A stretch of DNA of 64,000 nt from Lama guanicoe (lineage: Eukaryota): positions 186,001 through 250,000 of the forward strand of contig MU053431.1 in the NCBI GenBank assembly GCA_013239625.1, read 5' to 3'. A program made the translations under genes and the position numbers. The stretch's first letter is position 1. Every line of letters starts with the position of its first letter. The notes beneath the pieces were generated by a model that was given only the letters and a program-made list of their open reading frames with translations, was not told the DNA's origin and did no database searches. Below are positions 36,982 to 50,397 of the stretch, piece by piece.

Positions 36982-38760
36982 TCATTCATTCATTTGGGAA
37001 ACATTTGTTGAGCACCAGCTGCATGCGGGGTCTGACCTCAGTGCTGAGGATGAAGCAGTGAGCAGACCATTTCCTGTCTCGACTGGGCTCGCCTTCTGCT
37101 GGTGGGGGAGCCAGCCACCTGCTCCAGGACACCAGGGCTTCCATCTTGCAAATTCACTTCACTGGTTTTAATAGTCTCACTTGATGCCTTTACCACACTT
37201 AACCTGTTGGCCGTTCCTCCTTTTCTGAACACTGGTCTCTTTCAGAATAGGGAGAATGGGATGGTGAGAAATGCCTGGAGAGGCAGACAGAATCCAGACC
37301 ATGTGGAAATTCATAGGCTGTGATGGAGATGCTTTTTAAAGAGCAGTAGAAATTTAAAGTCAGGAGCATGTTATAGTCTAGTTTTCCTTTTTCTTTAAAG
37401 ACACTCTGAGTTCAATGTGGGGCAAGAGAGGAGAAAGGAGGGTCTCCCGCACGTCAGCTGGCATTCAAGGCAGGGCAGAGGCTGTAGCAGCGGGGCTGTT
37501 GGGGGGGGTGCTGAAGGAAACTGGGGCATGGGCTTGTGGGGTGCTGCCGGCCAGTTCTCCAAGGGAGGAGACAGCGGGGTGTGGCGTCTGCTAATTGCAA
37601 GCTGTCAGGTGGACCTCACGGGATGCAGATGTGAGACGAGGTGTGCTCTGCGCGCTCTGTGAGCCAGGCCGTATCAGGAGGGACGTGGACTACCCCTGGG
37701 ATGGGTGGATGGATGGGTGGGTGGAGCACGGAGAGTGAGGTGCCAAGAAGGGTCGCTGGTTTCCCATTTTCTGAACAGGATGGACAATGGAACCGTTCAC
37801 AGGGAGACACAATAGAAGAGGAGCAGGTGTAGGGAAGGGCTGGTGAGGCCAGCAGTGATGGGGGATTCAGAGAAAGTCATAGGGGCAGCAGTCTGAAAGG
37901 GGCTCAGGGCCTGAGTGGAGGTCCATTACCCCATGTGGTGTGTTAGCGGTATCTGGAGGGCCCCACTGACCACAGACTCCTGGGCTTGCTTTTTACTGAG
38001 GCTTGAATCCTGTCCACTGAACTTGCAGTGCTGTGTGGTGTCCAGGGGCCGGGCCGGACGGCACTGGGAGAGGCCAGTTGGAAATCAGAGAGGAGGGCCT
38101 GGGCTGAAGACGTACACCTGAGAATCCTTTGTACCTGTGCACTCAGGGCCGGGGGCTGGTGAAACTGCCCGGCATGGAGTGAGGACCTCACCTGTGGAGC
38201 GAGGTCTGTGATCTCTCTCTTCCCCTGACACACACTCCTCCTCCCACCCTCCCTCCCTCCTTCCCTCTCTCTCTCCCCCTGCTCCCAACCCCCTCACCTC
38301 TCTGTCTCTCTGTCTCTGATGATTGAACACTTCCTGGCTGAGTAGAAGTTGTGCCTTAAAGGAAACTGAGAGTGAAAATTTGGAGAATGTCAATGATTAT
38401 CACCAGGAGAAGACTTTGCGGAAGGAAGTTGGCACTAAGAGGCCAAGTAAGGGTCTGGAGGACGGTCGTGGGGTTTGGGCAGTTGGAGGCCTCTGGAAAC
38501 CTTGGGGGACAGGTTATGGGCAGATAAAGGGCCCGGGAGCAGATTGAAGTAGGAGGAGGGGTCAGTGGGAGATGAAAAAATGGATCTGGGTAGAGATGGA
38601 TCCATTTCAAGAGAGGAAGCTGGATTGCTCACTTGAGAATTTGTGAGAAAGTTTTAAAATGGGAAATACTTAAGCTACTTAACCGATAAGGAGAGTGAGC
38701 CAGTTAAGAGGGGAAGTTTAAACAGGTAATAAGGAAGAAGGGAAATGAAATGACAGGGAG
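36982..38760 (-). mobile_element. Fragmented L2 (several pieces)
   Basis: tcattcattcatttgggaaacatttgttgagcacc 3' end, then further L2-like segments at ~37250-37900 and ~38350-38760, interrupted by a CT-rich tract. Confidence 0.65.
38212..38318. repeat. CT-rich low-complexity polypyrimidine tract
   Basis: tctctctcttcccct...ccctccctccttccctctctctctccccct...ctctctgtctctctgtctctg. Confidence 0.85.
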
Positions 38761-39199
38761 GGACCTCTGAAATTTGCTCTTCCATTTAAAAAATAAAGTC
38801 TGGCAAAAATGGTCGGAGTAATTTTTTTTCAGAACTCTAAAAATTAACCAAAGACTTTAACAGTGCCAAGAGGGTATTTTGTTTTGTGTTTTGCGTTTTG
38901 GTTTTGTTTTGCCTTTTTTTTTTTTTTAAAGAGAAATGGCTGAACATGGTGAGAACAATGAGCTTTGTGGCATTTAACTCTCCCTGGTCCCACCCCCAAC
39001 CTCGAAGTCTGGTGGCCTTGAAAAAGCAGTGCCCATCCCCCATGCGGCCTGAGAGCCACCAGAGGGAGGACAGCAGAGCTGAAGCCCATCAAAGACTCTT
39101 TTTCAAAGAATTGTCATCTTTTAATATGTCCAAGTGCCTGGAAGACCCCAGTTGTAAGGCTGTCCTTAACTGACCCGACGTAGGGCTCACCCGGTGTGA

Positions 39200-39472
39200 A
39201 GTAAAGTGGGCTGAGGTGATGGAGAATGACTAGTCATACAGGGATAAAGAGAACGAGCACTTCAGGGGGAGGCACTCACAGCCAGTGCAGAGGCCCTGAG
39301 GTCGGAGTGAACTTGGATCAGAAGTGAGGGGGGGAGGGGAGAGTGTGGGGAAGACAGTGGACAAGTGAACTTACAGAGGAAGGTTGGGAGACTGTGGGTT
39401 TTATTCAAAGTGCACTGTGGAGCTTCTGGGGGGGTTTAAGCTGGGGATGGAGTGGAGTTTTCAAAACCTTAC
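39200..39472 (-). mobile_element. L2 fragment
   Basis: cagccagtgcagaggccctgaggtcggagtgaacttgg...gactgtgggttttattc...gggtttaagctggggatg. Confidence 0.75.
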
Positions 39473-42334
39473 TGTGAGGAAGTGTGTTACTTTGGTTTTG
39501 ACCTGTGACACCCACGGGACTGTGAGTGACAGGAGAACGGAGCTGCATCTGATCCCTGAGGACAGAATCCTGCAGTCAGCCGCAGGCCCGGGCGGTGGGA
39601 GCATCTTGGGAAAGGAAGGAAGCTGGCAGCTGGCAGGAACTCAGGCTGTTGCGGCCCTGCCTTTAGCACGTGGGCGGCTGTGCTTTGCTTGGGGATTTGG
39701 GGCCTTTCCTGGCTGTTTAGTTTAGTTTTTGCATCTGCCGCGTTTGACATGTCTCTAAATTCGATACTCTTTTCCCCTCATATTTTATGCCAAATTTTCT
39801 TACCTTGGGATTTCTCAATCTTTCCATCTGAGCAAAATATGACATGTTTCTGATGCTCTAAAATAAAATTTATGAAGAAGAGGTCTTATTTTGTTCATTA
39901 TTTATTTGTTCAATTTTGCATTTCTTTTATTGATTTTACATTGGAATCTTTCAGCATTTTAAATTAGAATCAGCTTGCATTCCAGGCATTTCTGGAGTCA
40001 GAATGCAGTCATAAGTTGCAGAAATGAGCAGGGCTTGCCAGGCTACAGCGGCCCCAGTGTTTAGTCTTGCACACAAATTCTCAAAACAGCCCGATTTCTG
40101 GCCATATGTGGGCAGAGCAGCCTTCCGTGGCAGTGTCAGTTCTTGGCCTCAGAGTTAGTGCGTTCACCTTGCAGTGATTTAGTTACTGCATCTGTTCAAT
40201 AATGTAGTCATTTTTTATTAATTCTCAATCCATCTACGTAGGGGAAAATATCATCTGAACAGCCATATGGTTGACTTTTTAATGAATAAAAAATACCTGG
40301 ACGTCACGTGAAGGATTCTGGATGGGCACACAAATTAGGCATCGTGATCTGCAGTTAAACACCAAACCCAGATACAGCCCTCTCCTAGGAGACCGTTACT
40401 ATGTGGTCGTATGTTTAAAAAAGGGAACGGCTCGCGGAGAAGGACAAAGCAGCAACGCATACTTAGTAGCTTGTTCCGAGGAGTAAATTAAGCCTGGAAG
40501 TGTCGAGGAATTGAAGTTAGCAGAGCGGGTCCTGAGCATTAAAGGGAGAAATCTCTGCGCGCGCGCGAGTTCCTTCTTTCACGTTGACTCAATAGTGAAA
40601 TAAAGTGACCGCCGACAGCATGATTTGGCAAAGACTCTAAAACATAACATGTTGGAATGGCTGTGTATCAGAAGTTACTTTTCTGCTCTGTTACCTTTAA
40701 TGAATAGCTTAGATCACCGAATATATTCACTGAGCTACGGCTCAGTGCATTTTTGATAAGGAGACAGAAGGCGCTACAGGTTTTGACGTAATTTTAGTTA
40801 CGACTGTGTTTTGTGCTCAGTGTCTTGCATGTGCAGAAATACTTGGACCTCCACTCAGCACATGCGTGTTTGTCTCCACACGTGCTCTGGGGAAATTTCA
40901 CCTGTCGGACTTCTGTTTAATTAGAATAGGTTTGATAATGCAGAGTTCTTTTGTGTTCTTTTCATCTTAAATAAGGAGAAGTGCACAACACCCTTTACTG
41001 GAAAGTCACGAAGGGAGACGTGTGATCAGATTAGTACCCAAAGGCCAGCTGGTGGTGTGTGGCGATGAACCTACCTCAGATTACTCACTGCTCTGTGAAA
41101 AGGTGCAAATTATTTGGCCCCATGGCCCTGAAAGAACTAAATGTCCCCCGTCCCACAGTTTCAAGCAGAGTTCAAACCAACCCATCCCTTATTTTCAGAA
41201 TTAAAATGGAAAGTTTCGGCGTGCTTTCTCTGCTGAGTGTCCCCTCTCCTGCGGGGGTGTCTCCTCCCCAGGCTGGGTCAGGCCGTGACTCCGCCAGTGC
41301 CACTGCAGCTCCTCGGCCCGTGCCTGGTGAGTCCCTCCATGGAGCTGTGTTGCAGCCTTCTGCCTGGACTTGGGTTAACGCACCTCAGTTAGAACCACAG
41401 CTTTGCTGGTGCCACTGTCCCCCTGCAGCAAGGCGCTCTTATGTCCCCTCCCACCCGGGTCTGTGGCCTTTTCTCAAATGATCGCAACTCAGATTCTTTG
41501 ACACTTGCTGTGTCTTCCAGCTAGAACACCCAAACCGACGTGAAAAAGTCCAAACCTGGTCCACTTGTCCACATTCCTCTAAGACTCTTCTGTCTTCGGA
41601 GTCTGAGCACGTCCATTCGGTCAGCTCGGTTTTACTGACATCCTCCAGCTTGGAGGCACTGTCCCAGTGCCAGGGGTGGGGCGGCCATGAATGAGACCCA
41701 CAAGGTCGTGGCACTAAGGGAGCTTCCTCGTAAGCAGCTCACTGATGCAGGGGGTGACATCAAGGGGGTCCTGCCCTGGGGCTGTGGCGAGCCAGGTGTC
41801 ACCCCCTGCACAGGAGCCTTCATCCAGGCCCCCACGTGCTCCTGCCACAGCCTGTCCCACACTAGGTGAAATCAGACCTTTCTGCCACAGTGTTAGCTCG
41901 AGGACAGAGCCCTCTGCTGCCCTGGTCTCTACACATAGCACGGCTCCTCCGGGGCGGCTTCTGGGAAATAAACCCAGTAACCCACCACACAGACACATAC
42001 TCCGCGCTTGTTCCGTGGCTTGCCCTGTTCTAGGTGCCAGAGCTGAAGGCAGACGAGGCCCCCGCCCTCCTGGAGTTACCTGGGGGCGTCCGGGTGGGAG
42101 GGGAGGCCGGAGAAATAGGCCGCAGGGCCGGGAGGCGGGCACCTGGGGCCGGGCTGCGAGGGGAGTGAACAGCGTAGCGCCTCTCCAACCTGTGTGCGCT
42201 TCCTGATCGCCCAGGGCCCCACCCTCAGAGTTTCGGATCCAGAGGGCTGCCGGGGGCTTGGGAATGTGCGTTTGCACCATCTCCCAGGTGCTGCTGCTGC
42301 GCAGAACACTCTGTGGTGATAGAACTGAGGCCTA

Positions 42335-42404
42335 GAGGAGGGGGAGGGGGAGGAGGTGGCGGGGCGGAGTGGGGAGGAGGGAGGGGGCGAGGGAGAGGGA
42401 GGGG
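42335..42404 (+). repeat. G-rich purine tract (G-quadruplex potential) containing a GC box
   Basis: at least 8 runs of 3 or more G; GGGGCGGAGT at 42361-42370. Confidence 0.8.
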
Positions 42405-42594
42405 CCCCGGTCCCGGGACGCAAGGGGCCCGAGCCTGGGGTCCGAGGGGCAGGGAGGAAGGACCTGATGCACAGGGAGGTTTGGCGTCAAGTGGGCCCCC
42501 TCCCATGGGGACACTGACCACCTGAAGGGGCTGAGCTCTTCCTGAAAGCAGTGGAAAGGAGGTAGCATTCTGAGCAGGTGGTGACATCACTGGG

Positions 42595-43021
42595 CGTATA
42601 GGTTTCTCAATTTGCTGTTCCAAATAATTACCATAAATGTCGGGGCTTAAAACAGCATGACTCGGTGTCTTATGTTCAGACCCGCAGCACGGCCTCACTG
42701 TGCTAACGTGAGTGTCAGCGGGGCTGAGTCCTTCTGGAGGCTCCGGGGGAAAACACGTTCCCCCACCTTTTGCAGCTCCTAGAGACCGCCTTATTCCGTA
42801 GCTCGCGGCCTTCTCTGTCATTTTCAAGCCAGTGACGGTGCGTGGACTCCTCGCCCCGCCGTCTCTCTGGCTCTCTCCCCGGCTTCTGGGGTTGCCCTGT
42901 GGTCACAGCGGCCCACCTGGGGCATCCAGGCTGCTCGCCCTTAGCTTCTAACCTAACAGGCTCCCAGGCTGTAGGGAGTAGGACTCGGGTCTTCATGGGG
43001 GACATTGCGCTGCCTGCCACA
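42595..43021 (-). mobile_element. MLT1D-like MaLR solo LTR
   Basis: aattaccataaatgtcggggcttaaaacagca...ttctggaggctccggggga...tcattttcaagccag...ctgcctgccaca. Confidence 0.82.
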
Positions 43022-43569
43022 TCCCGTATGCGTTTAAAACAAACACAGTGGGTACTGCTCAGAGAATGGCAGGGAGCACAGTGGAATGAAGAGGCCCCTG
43101 CGGAGCCGCCACGTTGGTCCAGGTGGGAAGTGGCCTGACCTGAGCTAGCGGAGGGGCTGCAGGGAGGTGAAGATGAGGCTGTCTTGGGGATATCCTCAGG
43201 GTTGGGGGCCACGGGGTGGGTGTGGGATGAAACAAAGAAAGATATGACAGAATGGCTGATGATGTTCTTGACTGAGGGGAGTGGGAGGACGAGGGTCAGA
43301 GAGTCTGGAGTGAGGTCAGTCCTGTTTGGCCTGACTCACGCACCAGTTGTACACTGGGCTTTGGAAGAACATTAATACTTTTTGACCAAAAGGATGGAGC
43401 TCGGGCTGTAAGTGTCTTAAGAAATCTGTCACTCTGTGGGTCTCAGCAAGGTCTGCTTACTGACCTTACGGGGCAAAAGGAATCGGCGTCAGTTCTGGAA
43501 TGTTCCATAAAGGAAAACAAGGTGTTTGGAGACCTAATGTAAAAGGCAGAGTGGGTTTCTGGGATGGGC

Positions 43570-43745
43570 ACAGGCTGACCTGAACTTGAATCCCAGCTGG
43601 GTGCAGATGAGTTGAGACGTCCCCAGAACCCAGCTCACCTCCCCGAGTCTCCTTCATCTGTAATGGCCCTGAGCGCCCTCCCCTGCGGGGTGTCGTGAAG
43701 ACTGGATGCACTGTTTGTCCATGCCTAGCCCTGCCCCGGGGAGCT
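43570..43745 (+). mobile_element. MIR SINE
   Basis: gacctgaacttgaatcccagct...ttcatctgtaatgg...ggggtgtcgtgaagact. Confidence 0.7.
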
Positions 43746-44879
43746 CACCCCTGCATTCCCCGTGGTCTCCGTTGAATTGGAATGGTTTGGAAAGCGTTTG
43801 TTCTTCCATGAGTACTTTGAGGCAACGACTTTTTCAAGCTGCTATTGAATTAGTGACCCAATTAATATGGCCCATATAAAGGCTCCTCAGAGCAGCCAAG
43901 AATTGTGCAAATAAGTTTTTTTTTTAATTTCAGCATCCTTAAAAAATATTCTTATTATTCACCCTTCTGGATGGACCAGCGGGCATTTAGATAAGTTGTT
44001 CTAATTATGTATCAGAGGACCTCTGTAGACATTAAGCAGCTCCCTGAGAGGTAGAAATCGTTCATTACTAAAACAGGAGCATTATCTGTTGTCTTCCAAA
44101 CTGACTGACTCCCCTTCCCCAGTAACATTCTGTGTACTTTCCCATCTGGGTACACAAACAAAAACCTTGTAAAAAGTTAAAGCCACATTAATATGTTTGC
44201 TTTTTTCAAACAGTTGGCAATGAGTGAGCAATTAGCAGGTCTGATTTGGGTTTTAAATCCGGCCCCACATTCTGGTCAGCCAAGCGTGACAGGCTTCCCA
44301 GCCTGCAGACTCTGGGAATTTATTTCTCCATTTGTATTCATGACACTTGTGGTCGGAAATGGCCATTCTCATGTCCTCCCACCCCGCTTTGGAACAAATT
44401 AGTAGAGTCACTAGCTTCTGGCTGGAGGTCTCATCTCTTGTGCCAGATGGGACCTGGACGCCAAGCTCCATTCCAGCATCCATCCTTATAGCCTGCTGGA
44501 CATAAAGAGGCCCTGACAGGCCTGCTCTCCAGCCTGGGAAGGGCCAGCAGGGCAGAGTCACTGAGCAGCTGTCCCAGCTCCATGCCCTGAACTACGACGT
44601 CCGGGGGAGGAGGCATTTCTTGTGTTCTGCAGGATAGGTCACCAAATTTCAAACTCCTTTATTTCACGGTGATTATGCAGAATCAAAGATTGCTGTGTAT
44701 GGCTTTTGTTTTTTTAACACCATTTAAATAATATTATAAAAACAATACACACAATATATGGTTTTTACAAGGTTGAATATAGAATCCAGAGGTTTATTAC
44801 GCTCATACGTGATTTCACCAAGAGCTATAGAGACTACAGAGACCTCACGAGTGAGTCACAGCTCCTCTTTCCTTTCACT

Positions 44880-46130
44880 TTATTCTCATTTAGAAGGAGT
44901 ATTTTTAGCTTTTAGCTATTTTACTTCGTCTGCATCTTTGTAGAAATATGTATGTATTTCCCACAATCTCATCTGTGTAATGCTTCTGTGTGATACTTAC
45001 AAACCATCTCCAACCTGCTAACACTTCTTAAGGAACAGTGATTGTGCGTGTGTTCGTGAGAGACACTGGTTTATAATTTTTTATGGTACCTGTGTCAGGT
45101 TTTGGCACAGTAGCACGCTGTCTTCATACAATGATTTGGAGATTATCTCTCTATTTTCTAAAAATATTATGTACACATTGTGCTATCTCTTCCTTAAATA
45201 CTTAATAGAATTCGCCGGTGAAACCGTCCGGTGCTAAAATTTTCTTTGCAGAAATGAGTGTGTTAACAAATTCAGTTCCTTTCACAGATAGAGGTCTACT
45301 CAGACTTTGCGTTCTGTCTTGTCTAGGTTTTGGTAAATTGTATATTTCAAGGAATTTGTCCATTTTATCTAGGTTTTCAAATTCTGTTCATATACAGTTT
45401 ACTTCCAGTGTCTCTTTATTTTCCACTTGAACTGTGTAGAATACAGGTCAGGACAATACTCCCTCCCTTCCTGGTGTTGGGGCTGTGTCCCTGTCGTTGG
45501 TCCCCTTGTAAGTCAGATAGGGCTGTGCCAATTCTGTTCCTCTTTTCGGAGCCAGCTTTCGGCTTTGTTAAATTTCTCTCTTGCTTGTCTGTTTTCTATT
45601 TCATTGATTGTTATTCTCATCCTTATTATTTTAATTCTTTTTCTTAGCTTTTAATTTTCTAGCTTCTACAGGGTAGACACTAGACGATTGATTGCAGACC
45701 CTTCTTCTTTTCTGATATAAACATTTTAGGTGTACTTTTCCCTCAAGTACCACCGTGGCTGATAGATCATATTTTTGTTCCCATTTAGTTTGAAATGTTT
45801 TCTAATTTCTTCCTTGAACCGTGGATTGGCAGTATATATTAGAGGTATGTTGTTGAATTTCCAAATAATGTTTTTTCCTAGATATCTTCTTGTTATTTAA
45901 TTTTTATTTAATTACACTGTAATGAGGGAATGTATTCTATATGGTCTCTGTACTTCTGAGTTAGCTGATACTTAATTTATGGCCTGGCATGAGGTCTGTC
46001 TTGTTGAACTCACCTGTGCGCTTGAAAAGAACATACATTCTGCAGTTGTTAGGTTAGCGTTCTGTAACATCAGTTAAGTCAGAGTGGTTGATAATGCTCT
46101 CATAACTTCTATGCATGGGTTTGTTTATTT
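44880..46130 (-). mobile_element. Old L1M ORF2 fragment
   Basis: reverse complement of gaattcgccggtgaaaccgtccggtgc encodes APDGFTGEF (L1 ORF2 GPDGFTGEFY motif); caaggaatttgtccattttatctagg; cttgaaaagaacatacattctgcagttgtt. Confidence 0.88.
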
Positions 46131-46154
46131 ATTTTTGTATTTATTTAGGCAGCT

Positions 46155-46957
46155 CTGTAATTCCCAAACATGCACCGAAGCCCTCTGGGATGCTGCAGTG
46201 AATTCACAGGGGTGTCCTGGAATATTTAAACACAGCGACATCTGTCGGACACTGTGTGAGCTTCTACTGAGTCTTGGGCAGGTCTTCCAAATGTAGGCAT
46301 ACTCCACTGTCCAATATCAAAAATTGACATTTATTTATATCACTGCTGATCTCATCAGAAAAATCATTAAGTACTGGGAAGCATAAAACTCAAGGTGGAA
46401 AACACAAGCTTTCCAAATTCTAATACCAATTCCAAATACCTAAGTGTGAAAAACAATAATGTGTCTGCCAGTCTGTTTTTTTTCTTTCAGGGAATAATAG
46501 TGTTCCAGGAAAAAGTGCTAGTTGAATTAGCTTTTTTTTTTTTTTGAGACAGCCACCAATGTTTACTGGATAGCAAAGTGTTTTTGAGTACTTCATCTCA
46601 CAGAATATCAAAATGATACGTAATTGAGTGTGAGATACCATAAAATTTATATGCTCAATAATGAACAATTTTTACTGCTTTTTCAAGAACATCTTCAGCT
46701 GAGATAGGCTTGTGCGTTGCTGCTGTTGAGCTGGGAGTGTGTGGCCGTGAGGGATGCTGTGACCACTAGCACATTAGTGGCCGGCGCCTCGGTCCAGGCC
46801 AGAGGCCCAGCAGCTTTGCCCCACTGTCTTTGTTTTTTCCCATCTGGTGCAGATGTCAACACAGAGCAAAAGGCGATGACAATAGCTTTGCCTTTTTAGA
46901 TCCCCTTGTGGACTCCACTAGGGGAGAAGTCTGTGGGCTATCATTTGAGAACGGTTG
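46155..46957 (-). mobile_element. Charlie1a/b non-autonomous hAT element with both ends
   Basis: ctggtgcagatgtcaacacagagcaaaaggc and tttgagaacggttg match the Charlie1 5' end in reverse; opposite end ctgtaattcccaaac...gaattcacaggggtg. Confidence 0.82.
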
Positions 46958-47719
46958 AATTAAGGGATTATTTCAACAATCCACTCTCTAGAAATCCAAC
47001 ATTTCTATCATCTTGAACCCTGACTCTGCCCCAGTTTACTGTCAGATGGTCCTTAATTAGAGTTTCACAGAAATCTTTGCGTAGCACAATTAAACAAGCG
47101 AGAGGGAATTAAACTGGTTAGGAAGACCAAACTGTTTCAACACAGGAAGAATCCAAGCGTTCTGTGTTTAGGTATGCAAATGTTTGCTAAGTGCTAGCCA
47201 GTTGGCAGCAAGTGTCCCCATTTACAGCGGGCTGGAGATGAGGGGGTGAGCTTACAGACAGCCTGGGATGGTGGCTCCTTGTGCCACCACGGGGCTCAGC
47301 GATTGGGAGTGAGTGGTAGAAGGGACCTTTAGTTGTCTGAGTCCGTTAGGGTTAAATTACCCCAATTTGACTCCTCGACACTGGCTCCCCACAAGTGGAA
47401 AAATTCCCAATGGCAAGAGCATTGCTCTGGAGAGCTACAGCAAGGCAGAGTGGGGAGGTGGGAAGAGCCCTGGAGTCGAGGAGATGTGGATTCTAATCTT
47501 GGACTCATTGACCATGGGCAAGGATGTGACCTTGGCAGGATAATCCTCCCCTCAAAGCCTCGGCCTCCTCCTTTGCAATACAGGGACGTAAACCCCTTGC
47601 ACAGCACTGGTGGAGGCTAAACATGCGTAGGTGTATCAGATATCCAGAACAAGACCTGATTCAGATTAAACGTCCAAGAAATGGTGGTGGTTCTTGTTGG
47701 TTTTAATATTAACAAAGGG

Positions 47720-47960
47720 GCCGAGAGCCTACTCATGGTCCGACCCCGAGCGGTCAGGGTTTGCATCAGAGCGCCCTTATTTGTTAAGTAAGTGACTTCA
47801 GAGAAGTTTCCCAACTTACCCAGGCCTCGCTCACTGATGAAAGGAGGACGACCGTGCCTATCCCGTGAGGCTGTTGTGAGGGCTGAAGAGGTGACACCTG
47901 TGCGTGTTCAGCACAGGGCTGGCCCTTAGCGGGGGCCTTGTGAGTGCTAACTCGTGATTG
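47720..47960 (+). mobile_element. MIR SINE
   Basis: gtgacttcagagaagtttc...gtgcctatcccgtgaggctgttgtgagggctgaagaggtga...ttcagcacagggctggc. Confidence 0.78.
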
Positions 47961-48004
47961 GCCGTAGTATAACCACCAGCCCCTCCCTCCTCCTCCCCAT
48001 CTGT

Positions 48005-48090
48005 CAGGGTGACCAGCCATCCCCACTGGCCTCAGATTCTCCCGACTTCAGCACTGAAAGTCTTGGGTCCAGGGAAACCTGCAGTTGGGA
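48005..48090. mobile_element. MER81 hAT-Blackjack MITE
   Basis: cagggtgaccagccatcccc...ttcagcactgaaagtcttgggtccagggaaacc. Confidence 0.75.
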
Positions 48091-50273
48091 AGGCACCACT
48101 GCACCAGGGTTGAGACCTGCCCCCACTGTGCAGCCAAAGTCCATCAGCCTTGGTGCTCACACCCTGTCCCCACCAGTCAGACTGTGTCACCACAGAGATC
48201 CTTGCAGCCAGACCAGCACGCGTCCTACACGCACCCCGACCCACTGTGACACAGTCTCCGTTCTTGCCTTGGCAATTTCTGAGAAACTGGTCATTCCAGG
48301 CAACTAAAGAAAAACATTTCTTCATAATGGAAACATTTTAGCATGAAAAACGCTCGGAGTCCCAGTTTCCGCTCTGCTCTGGAAGCACCCTCGTTTGGAG
48401 GGGGCGAAACAGCTGTGAGTTTCACTCTTGCAAACCAATCATTTCTAAATAGAGCGATACCACAATCTTAATTTTCCACTCAATGGTGAAAGCAGTCACA
48501 TTATTCAAAATTATTCATCAGCACTTAGTAATTCACATTCTAGAGCAATCTCAGAGTGCTTTAATGTATATATTACAGGCGAGATTTATAGTGGGAATTA
48601 CAGTATAGCAAATCATTCTTTTAAATGATGCTTAAATCACACAAATTTAAAATACTAATTATGTAAAATATATTCTGAATTTTTAATTTCTACCTTTGTT
48701 TAACAATACTCTCATGACCAGCTTCAAAAAAATGGGATAGCTCTATCTTCAGAAATAATCTGAATCCGTCCATAATGGAAACAACCCATATTTTTACCAC
48801 ATTGCTTTCGTCCCAATACCCCCATTAAAAAAAAAAAGTGAGTAATGATCATCTAAAAGTCACAATCATTGCAAGATAATGAAGCATGGAATTCCGTTCT
48901 GAGACAAAATTCATCTCTAAGAAGAGCTTGAGAAGCCTTTGATGGCCGTGAAATAACGATTTAAGTTAAAAGATAAAATTTAAGAACCATTTCTGCGAAC
49001 AACGTAGCTCTGAAAGAAACATTATCATCATTTGGTTTCTCATGTGTACCCACCAGTGGAAAACCTCTGGGAGTATTTACAGCCCCTTCAGTTTCTTGAG
49101 CCGTTTAGGGAGGGCTGAGCCGACTGCCAGAACCCAGGAGGACGCTCATTGTTTGCTTGCTGGAGTCTGGCCGGAGGCCGCAGAGCAGGGGAAGACACCT
49201 CATGTACACGCCCTCCATGCCTGAGAACCACCCTCAGGATACATTCAAGAGAGGCTTTATTTTAAGGTGCTTCAAAATAGCCACCTGCCGCAGCTCCACA
49301 CCGGCCCTGCTCTCCTGTCCCTTGGAAAAGGGGGGCTTGCGTGTCGCTGGGCAGAGCATCTCAAAATCGTGTTGATCCAGGCGTCAGCGCCCCGAACTGC
49401 AGCTGTGCCAGGGAGGGGTGGGTGGTAGGAGTATCTAGACCCCCGCTCCCATTACTCTTCAGCAGCCAGCTAGTTAGTGGGAAAAGTGGGCGCTTCTCGA
49501 AGGGCTAGTCCAGGAGCACAGCCAGCGGATGGGGATGGAGCCCACAGCCAAACAGCAGAGCCTCTGCCACAGTGAAGAGTGGTGTCGTGCAAGGAACTCA
49601 CCCAGCCCCTGGGAACTTCCCTGCTGAGTTAGACTGGAAATGTCTCAGACGGGACACTGGTTCTTACTCAGTTCGCGTGCCCCCTTGCACAGAGCCAGGA
49701 ACTTACCACGTGGGACGTTTCCGGTGAATACTTGCTGGTTGGATGTGTGCATTAACTTGTACCCAAACTACCCGGAAACAGCCCCTAGCCCCATGGTTTC
49801 TTCTCGGTAACAGCTCTCCTCGGTGCACGGCCTTCCCTGCTCTAGAACTCTCAAGACGGGGTTGTTCTTGACTAGCATTTTGGACTCTCTGATGTCATGA
49901 GCTTAAAAATGAGTCATAGCCCCGAATGTGCCCAGATTCTTGTTTCCTTTCATCCCCGTGGCCCCGTTTCTGCCAGGGGAAGACGTGTGGAGACCGGCGC
50001 TCTGGGGGCCGGCTGGGCACGTTAAGTGTCTGATTCGGTCCTGGCATTTCTCCTCTTTGGTGCAGTCTCCCTCCCATCCTGCCCCAGCCTAGGCCTCACA
50101 TCTTCCTTTTTCCTGTTCGCAGTCTGTCTTCTCCTAGATCACCTTCCCTTTGGATCCTGATCACACGGAGCCTTTGGAGAGAGACATTCGGGTGGACAGC
50201 CGCGCAGAGCCGCTGTCCCCAGCCCCGCGCGAGGGAATGCTGACCTGATTTCTCTTTTCTTTTTTCTCTTCAG

Positions 50274-50397
50274 GAGCAGCTGATTCAGATTAATCAGTCA
50301 GCAGCTGGCACTTTATGCTGACTCTGGGGAGAGTCTCACAGATTCAGGTTTAAGCTAGAGAAGAGGAAGGAAGAGAAGAGACAAGTGGCAGGAAGAG
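50274..50397 (+). ncRNA. Candidate non-coding (lncRNA/UTR) exon
   Basis: branch-like ctgac 50240-50244, 22-nt pure pyrimidine tract, CAG acceptor 50271-50273, GAG|gtaaga donor at 50398; stops in all three frames; no transcript evidence. Confidence 0.35.

Noticed and set aside
42313..42525. Gly/RG-repeat peptide resembling an RGG box
   Set aside because: Simply the translation of the G-rich tract; no splice context or RNA-binding domain.
43872..43882. CArG-like CCATATAAAGG
   Set aside because: It has 7 A/T bases between CC and GG rather than the 6 required.
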